Source: an uncultured bacterium (lineage in GTDB: Bacteria; UBP15; UBA6099; JAJRTR01). From it: a stretch of 64,000 nucleotides of DNA. Numbering within the stretch: the first letter of the stretch is position 1; each line of letters opens with the position of its first letter. The stretch spans positions 36,930 to 100,929 of the forward strand of contig CAZQSL010000001.1 in assembly GCA_964595945.1 (NCBI GenBank). The letters are read 5' to 3'. Positions 49,704 to 58,619 of this stretch are shown one piece after another. Position numbers and translations under genes: made by a program. A model generated the notes under the pieces. The model did no database searches. It saw only the letters and a list, made by a program, of their open reading frames with translations, and was not told the origin of the DNA.

Positions 49704-52700
49704 TTATTTATAGCTTACCTTAATAGTCTTTATCTCGAAATGACCGACAGGGATCGTAAGCGTGTTGCCGGAGATTTTGATGGCGGCTGGCTGCCAGTCG
49801 GGTTTCTGCTCGATGAGATTGACCTCTACGGCAGACGCGACGGGTGCGGGGAGAGTAATGGTGGCGATCGAGTCTTTGCCGGTAGACTCGAAGAGCCGGA
49901 TAATGGCGCCATCGTCGTCCTCCGCCTTTTTGAGGGCAGTGAGTACGATGTTCGCGGGAGTTGCGCCGAAGAATGATTTTGCGGGGGGGAGCGTGCCGGC
50001 GTGGTTTTCGCTGATGCGGTAGATGGCAGGGTAATTGAAAGCGTAGGCCTGCTGATGGGTGCCGGCGTCGCGCCAGTCGGATTTGTGGGGGAAGAGCGCA
50101 TATTTGAAAGTGTGTTTGCCACGGTCGGCCACGGGGTCGGGTTCGGTGGGAGCGCGGAGGACAGTCATGCGCATGATGTTGTCCTTGATGTCGAATCCGT
50201 ATTTGCCGTTGTTGAGCAGGCTCACTCCGAAGGCTGCGGCCGGGTCGGTATAGTCGATCCATTTGATAGCGGAGACTTCATATTTCGCGCGGTCGGCATC
50301 GGTGAGGGAGACTGTGCGGCGCTCGATAGCGGCGTAGGGAATGTCATACCACGCGGTTTCGCTCTGGAGATTGAGATCGAAGGCGAGTTTTGTGACGACG
50401 TGATCCTCATGCCAGTCGGCGTCGATGCGGCCTTCGATGATGGGGAGTCCGGAGTAAAGGGAAACGTATTGTGTGAAAGTCGATTTGGCGGTGCCGGTGG
50501 TGAATCGGAAGGTGGAGCGCACGGGACCGTTTTCGATGATGGCGGGAGCGGATTTTGTCGTGAGCGGGATTTCGGGGCCGAAGGCGAGTTCCCACGCGTC
50601 ATACTGCGCGGGCCGGTCGGTGAAGAGCTGTAGGTAGTTGGCGGATTTGCCTGGGGCGATGATTTCGCGCCGTGATTTTTTGTCGATGATCGAAGTGATG
50701 GCGCCGGATGTCTGGTCAAAGGTGAGGCGGAAGTAGTCGTTTTCGATGACATTGGGAGATGGCGCCGCAATGCCGGTTGCGGGTTTTGCGCCTTTGGGGG
50801 CGTTGGTGATGCGGTAGACGGCATAGCCGCCGGCCGGTATGTTGCGTGCGACGAATACCAGATTTTTGTCGGGAGGATTGACTATCTGGAATTGCGATGG
50901 CACGGGATTGCCTCTATCGTCGAGGATGATCGGGTTTTCGGGCAGGGAGTAAGTCCAGGGGATTTCCATTACCGAGTCGCGGGGAAATGACAGGGGATTG
51001 TGGATGACGAGGGGCGTACCATTGCCTGTGGTGTCAATATGAGACTCGATGGTGGCGAGTGATTCGGCGATTACGGAGCCGAGTGTCTGCTGCTGGATGG
51101 CATAATCCCTGTCGGCATCCCTGTATACAGAATTGATGCTCGAGCCGGGGAGAATGTCGTGGAACTGGTTGAAGAGGATCGTGTGCCATCCGTCGAGGAT
51201 GCGTGATGAAGGATAGGGAAGTGAGAAGAGCGTGGATGCGACCGAAGCGAATTTCTCGCCTTCCTCCTGAAGGATTTCGCCTATGCGGTTGTTGCGTTTC
51301 GTGTCTGACTGAGTGGTGTAAGTGCCGCGGTGGAATTCGAGGTAGAGTTCGTCTTTCCAGACCGGGAACTGCTGTTGTTTCGCGAGCTGGGCGAGATGAT
51401 CGAAGTAATCTTCGGCGGTGGTGAATCTGATGTTGGGGAAAATGTCATTGTCCCTGAGCGAAAACGCGCGGTTGAGATGTGTGCGGGTGACAGCGCCTCC
51501 GTGGTCGCCGACGCCGAATATCATAAGGTTCTCCGGCACATTGTGGTGGTCAAGGACTGTCTTGAGCTGAGTGAGCATATTGCGCGAGTTGTTGTCTTCG
51601 CAGTAGCTGCCGACTGGAAAATACGTCAGGACGCGCGAACCGTCGGGGCCTTCCCACCAGAAGATGTTGTAGGGAAATTTCGTGGTGTCATTCCAGTTGA
51701 TCTTCTGCGTGAGAAATCCGCTGATGCCAGAGCGGCGGAGTATCTGAGGGAGTCCGAGGTTGTAGCCGAATGAGTCGGGTGTCCAGCCGATCCTGACGTC
51801 TTTGCCGAATCGTGACTGGAAATAGCGTTTGCCATAGAGATATTGCCGCACGTAGGCTTCGCCCGATGGGACGTTGCCGTCATGCTCGACCCACGCGCCG
51901 CCGACTGCTTCCCAGCGGTTTTCGGCTATTCGCTTTTTGATGCCGTCGAATGTATGCGGGTAGTCGTGCTCCATCCATGCGTATCCATGCGCCTGGCCGG
52001 CGTTGAAGATAAATTCGGGATACTCATCCATAAGGTTGAGTACCGTGTTGGAAGTGTTGAGCCATACGTCCTCGCCTTCGTGTTTGTCCCAGAGCCACGC
52101 GAGGTCGATGTGGGAGTATCCGATGAGGTAGATGGTGTATTTTTTTGCGACTTCCCTGAAGGGCAGGAGCAGCTTGCCGGCTTCGTCAAGTGATTTGACA
52201 AAGGCGGATTCGTCGGTCACGCGAGCCTTGAGATCGACGAGCGCGGCGGACTGGTCGAGCAGCGATTTCCATTTTTCCGGGTCGGGCGTGAGTGTAAGCA
52301 GTGCTTCGACGGCGCGAACCTTGTCGATATACTCGTTGGCGCGGCGGCCTGAGTCATCCATCGATGTAAATGATATGTACGCGTTGCGGAATAGTCCGAT
52401 GTCTCGCTGATTGTCGACTCGCAGCACGATTACATATTCTTCGCCGGGATTAGCGTTTGAGGTGAGTATGGCATCGCCGCCCTCATGGCGGAAATAACCT
52501 CCGAAATTGCCGTTGACGTAGATCGAGCCTGGTGGTGACATGGCAATGTTGACGAGCACTTTTGCCCCTTTTGTGGAGCGGCCGCCAATGGTTTCTGGGA
52601 TTTTGTATGAAGTGCGGAACCAGCGTACGCCCTGATCTTTCCACATGAATCCGTTGTTGGGCACGGTACGCCATCCCTGCGGTTCATAGTTGGGATCGGT

Positions 52701-52880
52701 GACATGCATGTCGGCTGTCATCGTCGATTTCCATTTGGGCAGATTGATTTCGTAGGCGCTCCGGGCTTCAGAAAGCGCGGTGATGACATCCTGATACTTC
52801 GGAGCCTGTTCGGCTGCGTGTACCGGCATGGCAAATGCCATCAGGAACAACGCCGCGCGGATTGTCCGGAATAGTTTCAT
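49704..52880 (-). CDS. Glycoside hydrolase family 38 alpha-mannosidase (secreted)
   Basis: Signal peptide. GH38 N-terminal catalytic region with GYSHIDLAWLW. The central and C-terminal beta domains have typical length. Confidence 0.88.
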   Translation of the reverse strand: MKLFRTIRAALFLMAFAMPVHAAEQAPKYQDVITALSEARSAYEINLPKWKSTMTADMHVTDPNYEPQGWRTVPNNGFMWKDQGVRWFRTSYKIPETIGGRSTKGAKVLVNIAMSPPGSIYVNGNFGGYFRHEGGDAILTSNANPGEEYVIVLRVDNQRDIGLFRNAYISFTSMDDSGRRANEYIDKVRAVEALLTLTPDPEKWKSLLDQSAALVDLKARVTDESAFVKSLDEAGKLLLPFREVAKKYTIYLIGYSHIDLAWLWDKHEGEDVWLNTSNTVLNLMDEYPEFIFNAGQAHGYAWMEHDYPHTFDGIKKRIAENRWEAVGGAWVEHDGNVPSGEAYVRQYLYGKRYFQSRFGKDVRIGWTPDSFGYNLGLPQILRRSGISGFLTQKINWNDTTKFPYNIFWWEGPDGSRVLTYFPVGSYCEDNNSRNMLTQLKTVLDHHNVPENLMIFGVGDHGGAVTRTHLNRAFSLRDNDIFPNIRFTTAEDYFDHLAQLAKQQQFPVWKDELYLEFHRGTYTTQSDTKRNNRIGEILQEEGEKFASVASTLFSLPYPSSRILDGWHTILFNQFHDILPGSSINSVYRDADRDYAIQQQTLGSVIAESLATIESHIDTTGNGTPLVIHNPLSFPRDSVMEIPWTYSLPENPIILDDRGNPVPSQFQIVNPPDKNLVFVARNIPAGGYAVYRITNAPKGAKPATGIAAPSPNVIENDYFRLTFDQTSGAITSIIDKKSRREIIAPGKSANYLQLFTDRPAQYDAWELAFGPEIPLTTKSAPAIIENGPVRSTFRFTTGTAKSTFTQYVSLYSGLPIIEGRIDADWHEDHVVTKLAFDLNLQSETAWYDIPYAAIERRTVSLTDADRAKYEVSAIKWIDYTDPAAAFGVSLLNNGKYGFDIKDNIMRMTVLRAPTEPDPVADRGKHTFKYALFPHKSDWRDAGTHQQAYAFNYPAIYRISENHAGTLPPAKSFFGATPANIVLTALKKAEDDDGAIIRLFESTGKDSIATITLPAPVASAVEVNLIEQKPDWQPAAIKISGNTLTIPVGHFEIKTIKVSYK

Positions 52881-53030
52881 TGACTCAGCACTCCTTCATG
52901 ATACTTCATCAGTTGTACTAACTGCGTGAGGCTTGATTTACAGCCATTATACCACGGGGCAACTGTCGAAAAAGGGCGGCAAAATGAAATCGCCGCCCTT
53001 TGGGGAAAGCGTATCAGAGAGCCGGAAAGA

Positions 53031-54479
53031 TCACTTCCGTGCGCCTTTTTTCGCAAGCATCATCTCCGCGTGCTTGTTGAGGTCCTTGGGGAAGATGAGA
53101 AATGCAATAACACCGGTAAGCGCGAAAAAAGCGCCGACGAGTCCCGTGAGCTGTATGCCCAGAGGATGCTCGATGCTGAATCCGTAGATGTTGAACATCT
53201 GTGTCATCAGAAGCGATGAAATCCCGAGATTGACCTTCTGGAAAAATCCCTGAGTGCCGAAGTAGATGGCTTCGCGGCGAAGCCCGGTGAATTTTTCGTC
53301 GTAGTCTGTCAGGTCGGCTACGAGCGCGTTGGGCACGATGAAGAGGCTGCCGAGCGGTATGCCGATCAGAGCGATGATCATGTAGCCGAAAATGACGGGG
53401 CTTTTGGGGATTGCGTGCAGCCCGAGTGCCGTTACTCCTTGATTGACGAAGTCGATGAATGCGTAGAATCTGATTGTTTCGAGCGGTTTTTCCATGCCGA
53501 AGAAGTAAATTGTCGGCAGAAGTACGAGGAACATCAGGAGTGACATCAGCATGAGTACTCGTTTGCTGATGACGCGTGACAGGGCGTTGATGAGGAAGAT
53601 CGACAGGAAGGCGACTCCGAGCGCGAGTGCGAAAAATATGGTCGACTGTTCCTTGGGAAGCTTGAGAAGGGCCGTGACATAATATGGCACGCAGGTAGTG
53701 ATGATGTTGAATCCGAACCAGAAGCTCAGATTGCCGATGAGATAAATGACATAGGGCGTGTTTTTCAGGGTGGAGACAATGGTCTCCGTGACGCTCAGAT
53801 GCGATGGCTCGGCGACGCAGTATTTCTTTTCGTCAATGCCAATGACCGGCAGGTAAAACGTGATCGCCGCGAGTATCGCCATGAAAACCGCCATGCCGCC
53901 GTATCCGAATTTTTCGATCAGCATGGGCGACATCACCATGCCGATGACTGTGCCGATCAGCATCAGGATACCCTGCATGGATGTCAGATTGATGCGGTCT
54001 TCGGGTGTGCGGGTGAGCTCCGGCAGCAGCCCGAGATATGGGCACACATAGAAGGAAAAGAAGAAGAAAAACGTCGAGAGCATCACCGCGAGATAGACCG
54101 TGTTGAGGATATGTACATGGTTGACGGGCGGGAAAAACATAAGCGCAAGCGATGTGGCGAGCGGTATGCCGCCGTAAAGCATGAATGGCATCCTGCGTCC
54201 GCGCCGCGAACCGCACTTGTCCGAAAAATATGCCACCCCGGGATCGATGAACGTGTCAAGTGTGCGCCCCAGCAGGAAGATAAATCCTACGACTTTTACT
54301 GGCACAAGCTCGACCATCCCCTGAGTGCCTGCCGGCGGCGCGTAGAAAAACATCAGCCATGTCGCCATGACTCTGTCCACTATCGAAATCCCGACGTTGC
54401 CGAGTGAATATAATACCTGATTGCCAAACGGCAACCGCGGCGGCGCCGCCTGTGTGTTTCCCTGTCCCTTTTCAGCCAT
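53031..54479 (-). CDS. GPH-family (glycoside-pentoside-hexuronide) MFS symporter
   Basis: Twelve TM segments and a GPH-type N-terminus. The ATG at 54479 has a GAGGG RBS. Confidence 0.8.
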   Translation of the reverse strand: MAEKGQGNTQAAPPRLPFGNQVLYSLGNVGISIVDRVMATWLMFFYAPPAGTQGMVELVPVKVVGFIFLLGRTLDTFIDPGVAYFSDKCGSRRGRRMPFMLYGGIPLATSLALMFFPPVNHVHILNTVYLAVMLSTFFFFFSFYVCPYLGLLPELTRTPEDRINLTSMQGILMLIGTVIGMVMSPMLIEKFGYGGMAVFMAILAAITFYLPVIGIDEKKYCVAEPSHLSVTETIVSTLKNTPYVIYLIGNLSFWFGFNIITTCVPYYVTALLKLPKEQSTIFFALALGVAFLSIFLINALSRVISKRVLMLMSLLMFLVLLPTIYFFGMEKPLETIRFYAFIDFVNQGVTALGLHAIPKSPVIFGYMIIALIGIPLGSLFIVPNALVADLTDYDEKFTGLRREAIYFGTQGFFQKVNLGISSLLMTQMFNIYGFSIEHPLGIQLTGLVGAFFALTGVIAFLIFPKDLNKHAEMMLAKKGARK

Positions 54480-54627
54480 TTCAAGCCCTCGCATTATTGT
54501 CATGTTTTATATTCATCAATGCAGTCCAAGCTATTCTATCACAAGCAAAGCACATTAGAAACAGCAAAAAACGCCTGAGCCATAAAAGCCTTCGAAATGG
54601 AGCCGGCGCCGGGAAATGACAGGCAAG

Positions 54628-55461
54628 TCAGCGTTTGCCTATCTCGATAAGCGTGTCTATGGTTACAAACCTGTAGCCCTGTTTTTCGAGGGTGGAAATG
54701 ATGATTTCGAGTGCCTGGACGGTGGCGGTGCGGTTGCCGCGCGAGTCGTGCATGAGGACGATAGCGCCGGGGTGCGCCTTTTTGATGACATTCTCCGCGA
54801 TGATCTTGGGATGTTTATGAGTGACGTCGCCGGAAGTGATGTCATGGCCGATATAGGTATATTCGAAACTGTCCACAAGTCTCATCAGACGCATGTCACG
54901 ATACTCGTATGGAGCGCGGAAAAATGCCGGCTTCACTCCCGCCGTGCGCACAATGACTTCGGCGGTGCTCATGATATCCTTTTCGCGTTCCGCAGTGCTC
55001 ATGTCATAATAAAAGCCGTGTGCCCATGAATGAATACCGATCGAGCATCGCGCCCGGGCGATGTCACGCATGATCGAGGGGTTGCGCCACGCGCTTTCAC
55101 CAGTGACGAAAAATGTGGCGCGCGCATTGTGCCGCCTGAGTATTTCGAGTATCTGCGGAGTGTACCTGGCGCTCGGGCCATCGTCGAACGTGACCGCTAT
55201 GACTTTTTTTCTCGTCTCTACACTGCGCGTGACAGTGCCGAAAAAATCGAACGGCCACGCGATGCAAAACAGCGAGTAACACGCAAAAGCGGCGATGAGT
55301 GTCAGTACTTCGTTGCGCAGCCTGTGATGTCCCGCAAGCAGACGCCATACGACCACTGACAGCACTGTTGTTATCAGTGCTATCCGTATCAGGTATCGGA
55401 CGATTGTAAATGTAAATATCTCCATCATCGTGCCGCGAGTATATTTTTCACCATCAAACAT
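54628..55461 (-). CDS. Polysaccharide deacetylase (CE4/NodB domain) with N-terminal TM anchor
   Basis: NodB motif VTFDDGP and His-containing motifs. The start is uncertain (ATG at 55461 or 55429). The track ORF extends to 55617. Confidence 0.72.
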   Translation of the reverse strand: MFDGEKYTRGTMMEIFTFTIVRYLIRIALITTVLSVVVWRLLAGHHRLRNEVLTLIAAFACYSLFCIAWPFDFFGTVTRSVETRKKVIAVTFDDGPSARYTPQILEILRRHNARATFFVTGESAWRNPSIMRDIARARCSIGIHSWAHGFYYDMSTAEREKDIMSTAEVIVRTAGVKPAFFRAPYEYRDMRLMRLVDSFEYTYIGHDITSGDVTHKHPKIIAENVIKKAHPGAIVLMHDSRGNRTATVQALEIIISTLEKQGYRFVTIDTLIEIGKR

Positions 55462-55603
55462 TGTAGCATCTGGCGTTTGATTGGCAAAACTGATAGCAGA
55501 CTCACCCAGTCCATGTCTATGACACAATCCCAATGATCCGGTAATAATCCTCAAACATTTCTTCGTTATCATCAAACTGGACACAACAATTTGGAGGCAA
55601 GCA

Positions 55604-56275
55604 ATGGAAGCGCTCAATAAAAGAATGTCGAAAAACCTTGTAACCTATGGCGAATTACTCAAGTCCACGATTGACACTATGGCGCAGTCATTCGACGCAC
55701 TTTACCGGAATTCCGCTCCCGTCGTATTTGAAAATGTGGCGAGAAACGTGCGCGATGCCGAGTCGAAGTGCGACATGATAAGGCGCGAGATGGAGTATCA
55801 GTTGTGCGCTGTCAAGATGGATGAAAGCGCCCGGAATGACCTTATTTCGCTCCTGCATCAGATGGATAAAGTCCCGAACAGGGCCGAAGATGTGGCGAAT
55901 TTCATTTACATGACCGGAGTCATGCTGCCGGAAAACTATCGCGATCAGATGCGGGAAATACTGCGATTCACGACACAGTGCTGCGCGGCGCTCGCCGGGA
56001 GTTTCGCTGACGCTTTCACGCGCGGTGAAATCACGCCTGATGCCACGGCTGAAGTTTCCCGCCTCGAAAGCGCTGTCGACACGATCGAGAGGCATACCAT
56101 CAAACGGTTTTTCACAGATAACGCACTCGACATGGGCACGCGGCTGTTGCTACGCGAACTCACGATGATGTTGTGCGATATTTCAGACCATGCCGAAAAC
56201 GCTGCGAATACTCTTGATATCTTTATGATGAAACATGGCAGTAATGCAGGGATGGGAAACTCGCACGTCGCCTGA
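55604..56275 (+). CDS. DUF47 family protein (PhoU-like, Pit accessory-type)
   Basis: GGAGG RBS. A roughly 210-aa all-helical protein with DUF47-like conserved acidic/His positions (DISDHAEN). Confidence 0.65.
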   Translation: MEALNKRMSKNLVTYGELLKSTIDTMAQSFDALYRNSAPVVFENVARNVRDAESKCDMIRREMEYQLCAVKMDESARNDLISLLHQMDKVPNRAEDVANFIYMTGVMLPENYRDQMREILRFTTQCCAALAGSFADAFTRGEITPDATAEVSRLESAVDTIERHTIKRFFTDNALDMGTRLLLRELTMMLCDISDHAENAANTLDIFMMKHGSNAGMGNSHVA

Positions 56276-56285
56276 TGGCAACTGC

Positions 56286-56783
56286 TTACTGGTCGAGAAA
56301 TAGAAAAGAACGTTTTTTGCTTTCAAGTGAAAGAAGCGAAGCCTTGACATCGAGTCCGAGAGCGAAGCCGCCGAGGTCGCCGTCGCTTCTGAGTATCCTA
56401 TGACAGGGGATTATGACCGGGATGGGGTTGGCGCCGAGGGCTGTGCCAGCGGCGCGGACGGCGCGCGGACATCCGGCCATTTCGGCGAGCTGGCCGTATG
56501 ATACTGTCTCTCCGTATTTCACCTGACGTGCCGCGTTCCAGATTCTGGTCCTGAAATCCGTTGCTCCGGTTGGGGCGAGCGGCAGATTGAATTCTACTTT
56601 CTTTCCAGAAAAATATGAGTCGAGAAGCTTGACCGCTTTTGAGATGAATGCCGGGGCGGGAGGGTTATCGTATGTTATGTAATCTTTTTTGATGGCGAAT
56701 CCGAAGCGCTCTATCCCCTCTTCGCGCCATGCTATTTCACAGAGGCCGGCACGGTTTTCCCATCTTAAGATTTTTTGATCCAT
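56286..56783 (-). CDS. ogt: Methylated-DNA--protein-cysteine methyltransferase
   Basis: Active-site motif IPCHRIL and a C-terminal wHTH. Confidence 0.88.
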   Translation of the reverse strand: MDQKILRWENRAGLCEIAWREEGIERFGFAIKKDYITYDNPPAPAFISKAVKLLDSYFSGKKVEFNLPLAPTGATDFRTRIWNAARQVKYGETVSYGQLAEMAGCPRAVRAAGTALGANPIPVIIPCHRILRSDGDLGGFALGLDVKASLLSLESKKRSFLFLDQ

Positions 56784-56840
56784 TGCAGCAGCCCAGTATA
56801 TTGACGTATGGACATCTTATCACAATGGGGCAAACGAAGA

Positions 56841-58505
56841 CTATGATTCGAGCATTTTTTTCGAGCGTTTGTGACGGTGGAAAGTGATGGCAAAGCGGTG
56901 GACTTCGTCGATGATGGACAGGACAAGAGCGGTAGCCGGCTCTTCGGGCGAAAAAACGATGGGCTGTGAGCCGTCTCCGAAGTGAGAGATGCCGGAGTGT
57001 TTTGCAAACCCGATCACGCGCGGCGGCGTGACACCGGCCTTTTCGATGCCGGCCATCACTGCCGAAACCTGCCCCCTGCCGCCGTCGACTATGACAAGGT
57101 CGGGACCTATTTCCTTGCCTTCGGCGATGCGGCGGAAGTATCGTTCGGCCATTTCCGACATCGATGAAAAATCGTCGCGCCCCGATCCCTTGATGATGAA
57201 TTTTCGATAGCCGTCGCGGTAGGGTTTTGCTTCGAAGAAAGTGATGGCCGCGCCGACCGTGCTGGTGCCCTGAATGGTAGAGATGTCGAATGCTACGATG
57301 CGGCGCAGGAGTTTTGGCGCGCCGACGCGGTTGGTGATGGCGGCAGTGGCGGCGATGCGGTATTCCCTGTCGGCTGTGGTACGTACGATTTCGTCGGCGA
57401 GGCGTTTTTTTGCGTTGGTGCGCGCGTTTTCGATGAGCGAGAGTTTTTCGCCACGTTTCGGCACTGCTATTATGACTTTTCGGCCGGCGTGCGATCGGAC
57501 GAACTCTTCGACGAGAGCGCGGTCGGAGGGTTCGTCACTGAGGAGTATTTCGCGGGGCGCGATGCCTGGACGGTCGTAATAGAGAGTGAGAAATCCGGCG
57601 AGCGCCTCTGCGGCTGTCTGTCCGGGGACGATCGAGAGGATGAAAGGATCATGCCCCGAAAGTGCGCCGTCGCGTACGAACATGATTTCGGCGCATGCGA
57701 TTTCGCCTTCGAGCGCTATGGCGATGATGTCGCGGTCGACCTTGTCGCCGGGCATGACGGCTTGTCGCTGACTGGCAATCATTTCGAGAGCGTGCGCGCG
57801 GTCACGTAGCAGCGCGGCTTTTTCGAATTGGAGGTTTGATGCGGCGCGCTCCATTTCCTTTCGCATTTCACGGATGACGTTTGCCGAACGGCCTTCGAGG
57901 AACATTACGACGGATTTCACGTTTTGCGCATAATCTGCTTTTGAAAGGTTGCCCGAGCAGGGGCCGGGGCATTTGTCGAGGTGGTTATAGAGGCATGGCT
58001 GTTTTTTCATTTCGCGGCAGTGACGCATGGGGAATGTGCGGCGGAGGAAACGTAGTGTGTCGCGCACGGCAGAAGTCGAGGAAAAGGGGCCGAAGTAACG
58101 GGCATCGGGCTGATCGACGCGGCGGGCGAGTTCGAGGCGCGGGAAGTCTTCGGCAGTGATGCGAATGTATGGATAGCCCTTGCTGTCCTTGAGCAGCACG
58201 TTGTAGCGCGGCTGATGTTTTTTGATCAGGGTCGATTCGAGCAGCAGCGCTTCGAGTTCGTTGGCAGTGATGATGAAGTCGATGGTGCGGCCATAGCGCA
58301 TGAGGCGTTTCGATTTTTCGGGTTCGGGCGCGGGCGAGCGGAAATAGGAAGCGACGCGCTCGCGCAGGACCTTGGCTTTGCCGACATAGATCACCCGGTC
58401 GAAACGGTCGATGAAAAGATAGACGCCGGGTTTGCGCGGGAGTGCTTCGGCCTGCGCGGCGAGCGATACGATTTCTCGTGTGATTTCGACGATTTCCTCT
58501 GTCAT
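56841..58505 (-). CDS. uvrC: Excinuclease ABC subunit C
   Basis: N-terminal GIY-YIG domain (PGVYLFIDRFDRVIYVGKAKVLRERV), a UvrBC-interaction region and an RNase-H-like endonuclease domain. At 554 aa it is somewhat short, so the HhH tail may be reduced. Confidence 0.85.
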   Translation of the reverse strand: MTEEIVEITREIVSLAAQAEALPRKPGVYLFIDRFDRVIYVGKAKVLRERVASYFRSPAPEPEKSKRLMRYGRTIDFIITANELEALLLESTLIKKHQPRYNVLLKDSKGYPYIRITAEDFPRLELARRVDQPDARYFGPFSSTSAVRDTLRFLRRTFPMRHCREMKKQPCLYNHLDKCPGPCSGNLSKADYAQNVKSVVMFLEGRSANVIREMRKEMERAASNLQFEKAALLRDRAHALEMIASQRQAVMPGDKVDRDIIAIALEGEIACAEIMFVRDGALSGHDPFILSIVPGQTAAEALAGFLTLYYDRPGIAPREILLSDEPSDRALVEEFVRSHAGRKVIIAVPKRGEKLSLIENARTNAKKRLADEIVRTTADREYRIAATAAITNRVGAPKLLRRIVAFDISTIQGTSTVGAAITFFEAKPYRDGYRKFIIKGSGRDDFSSMSEMAERYFRRIAEGKEIGPDLVIVDGGRGQVSAVMAGIEKAGVTPPRVIGFAKHSGISHFGDGSQPIVFSPEEPATALVLSIIDEVHRFAITFHRHKRSKKMLES

Positions 58506-58547
58506 GCGCTTTCATGCCATGTCGCGCCAATGCGCTGTTATTTACTA

Positions 58548-58576
58548 TTAACATTATATGTCATCTGGAATATAAT
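58548..58576 (+). promoter_or_regulatory. Sigma-70-type promoter (TTAACA-17-TATAAT) for the transaldolase-like gene
   Basis: TTAACA at 58548-58553, a 17-nt spacer, and TATAAT at 58571-58576. A GGAG RBS lies before the ATG at 58620. Confidence 0.5.
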
Positions 58577-58619
58577 GATTGGGATTGCCGAAGCAGTCAA
58601 TTCGCAGATGGAGTGTCCC

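Noticed and set aside
58215-58619. Track start of the transaldolase-like ORF at 58215, which makes 843 aa.
   Set aside because: The upstream 135 codons overlap the divergent uvrC promoter region. A promoter and a GGAG RBS support the ATG at 58620.
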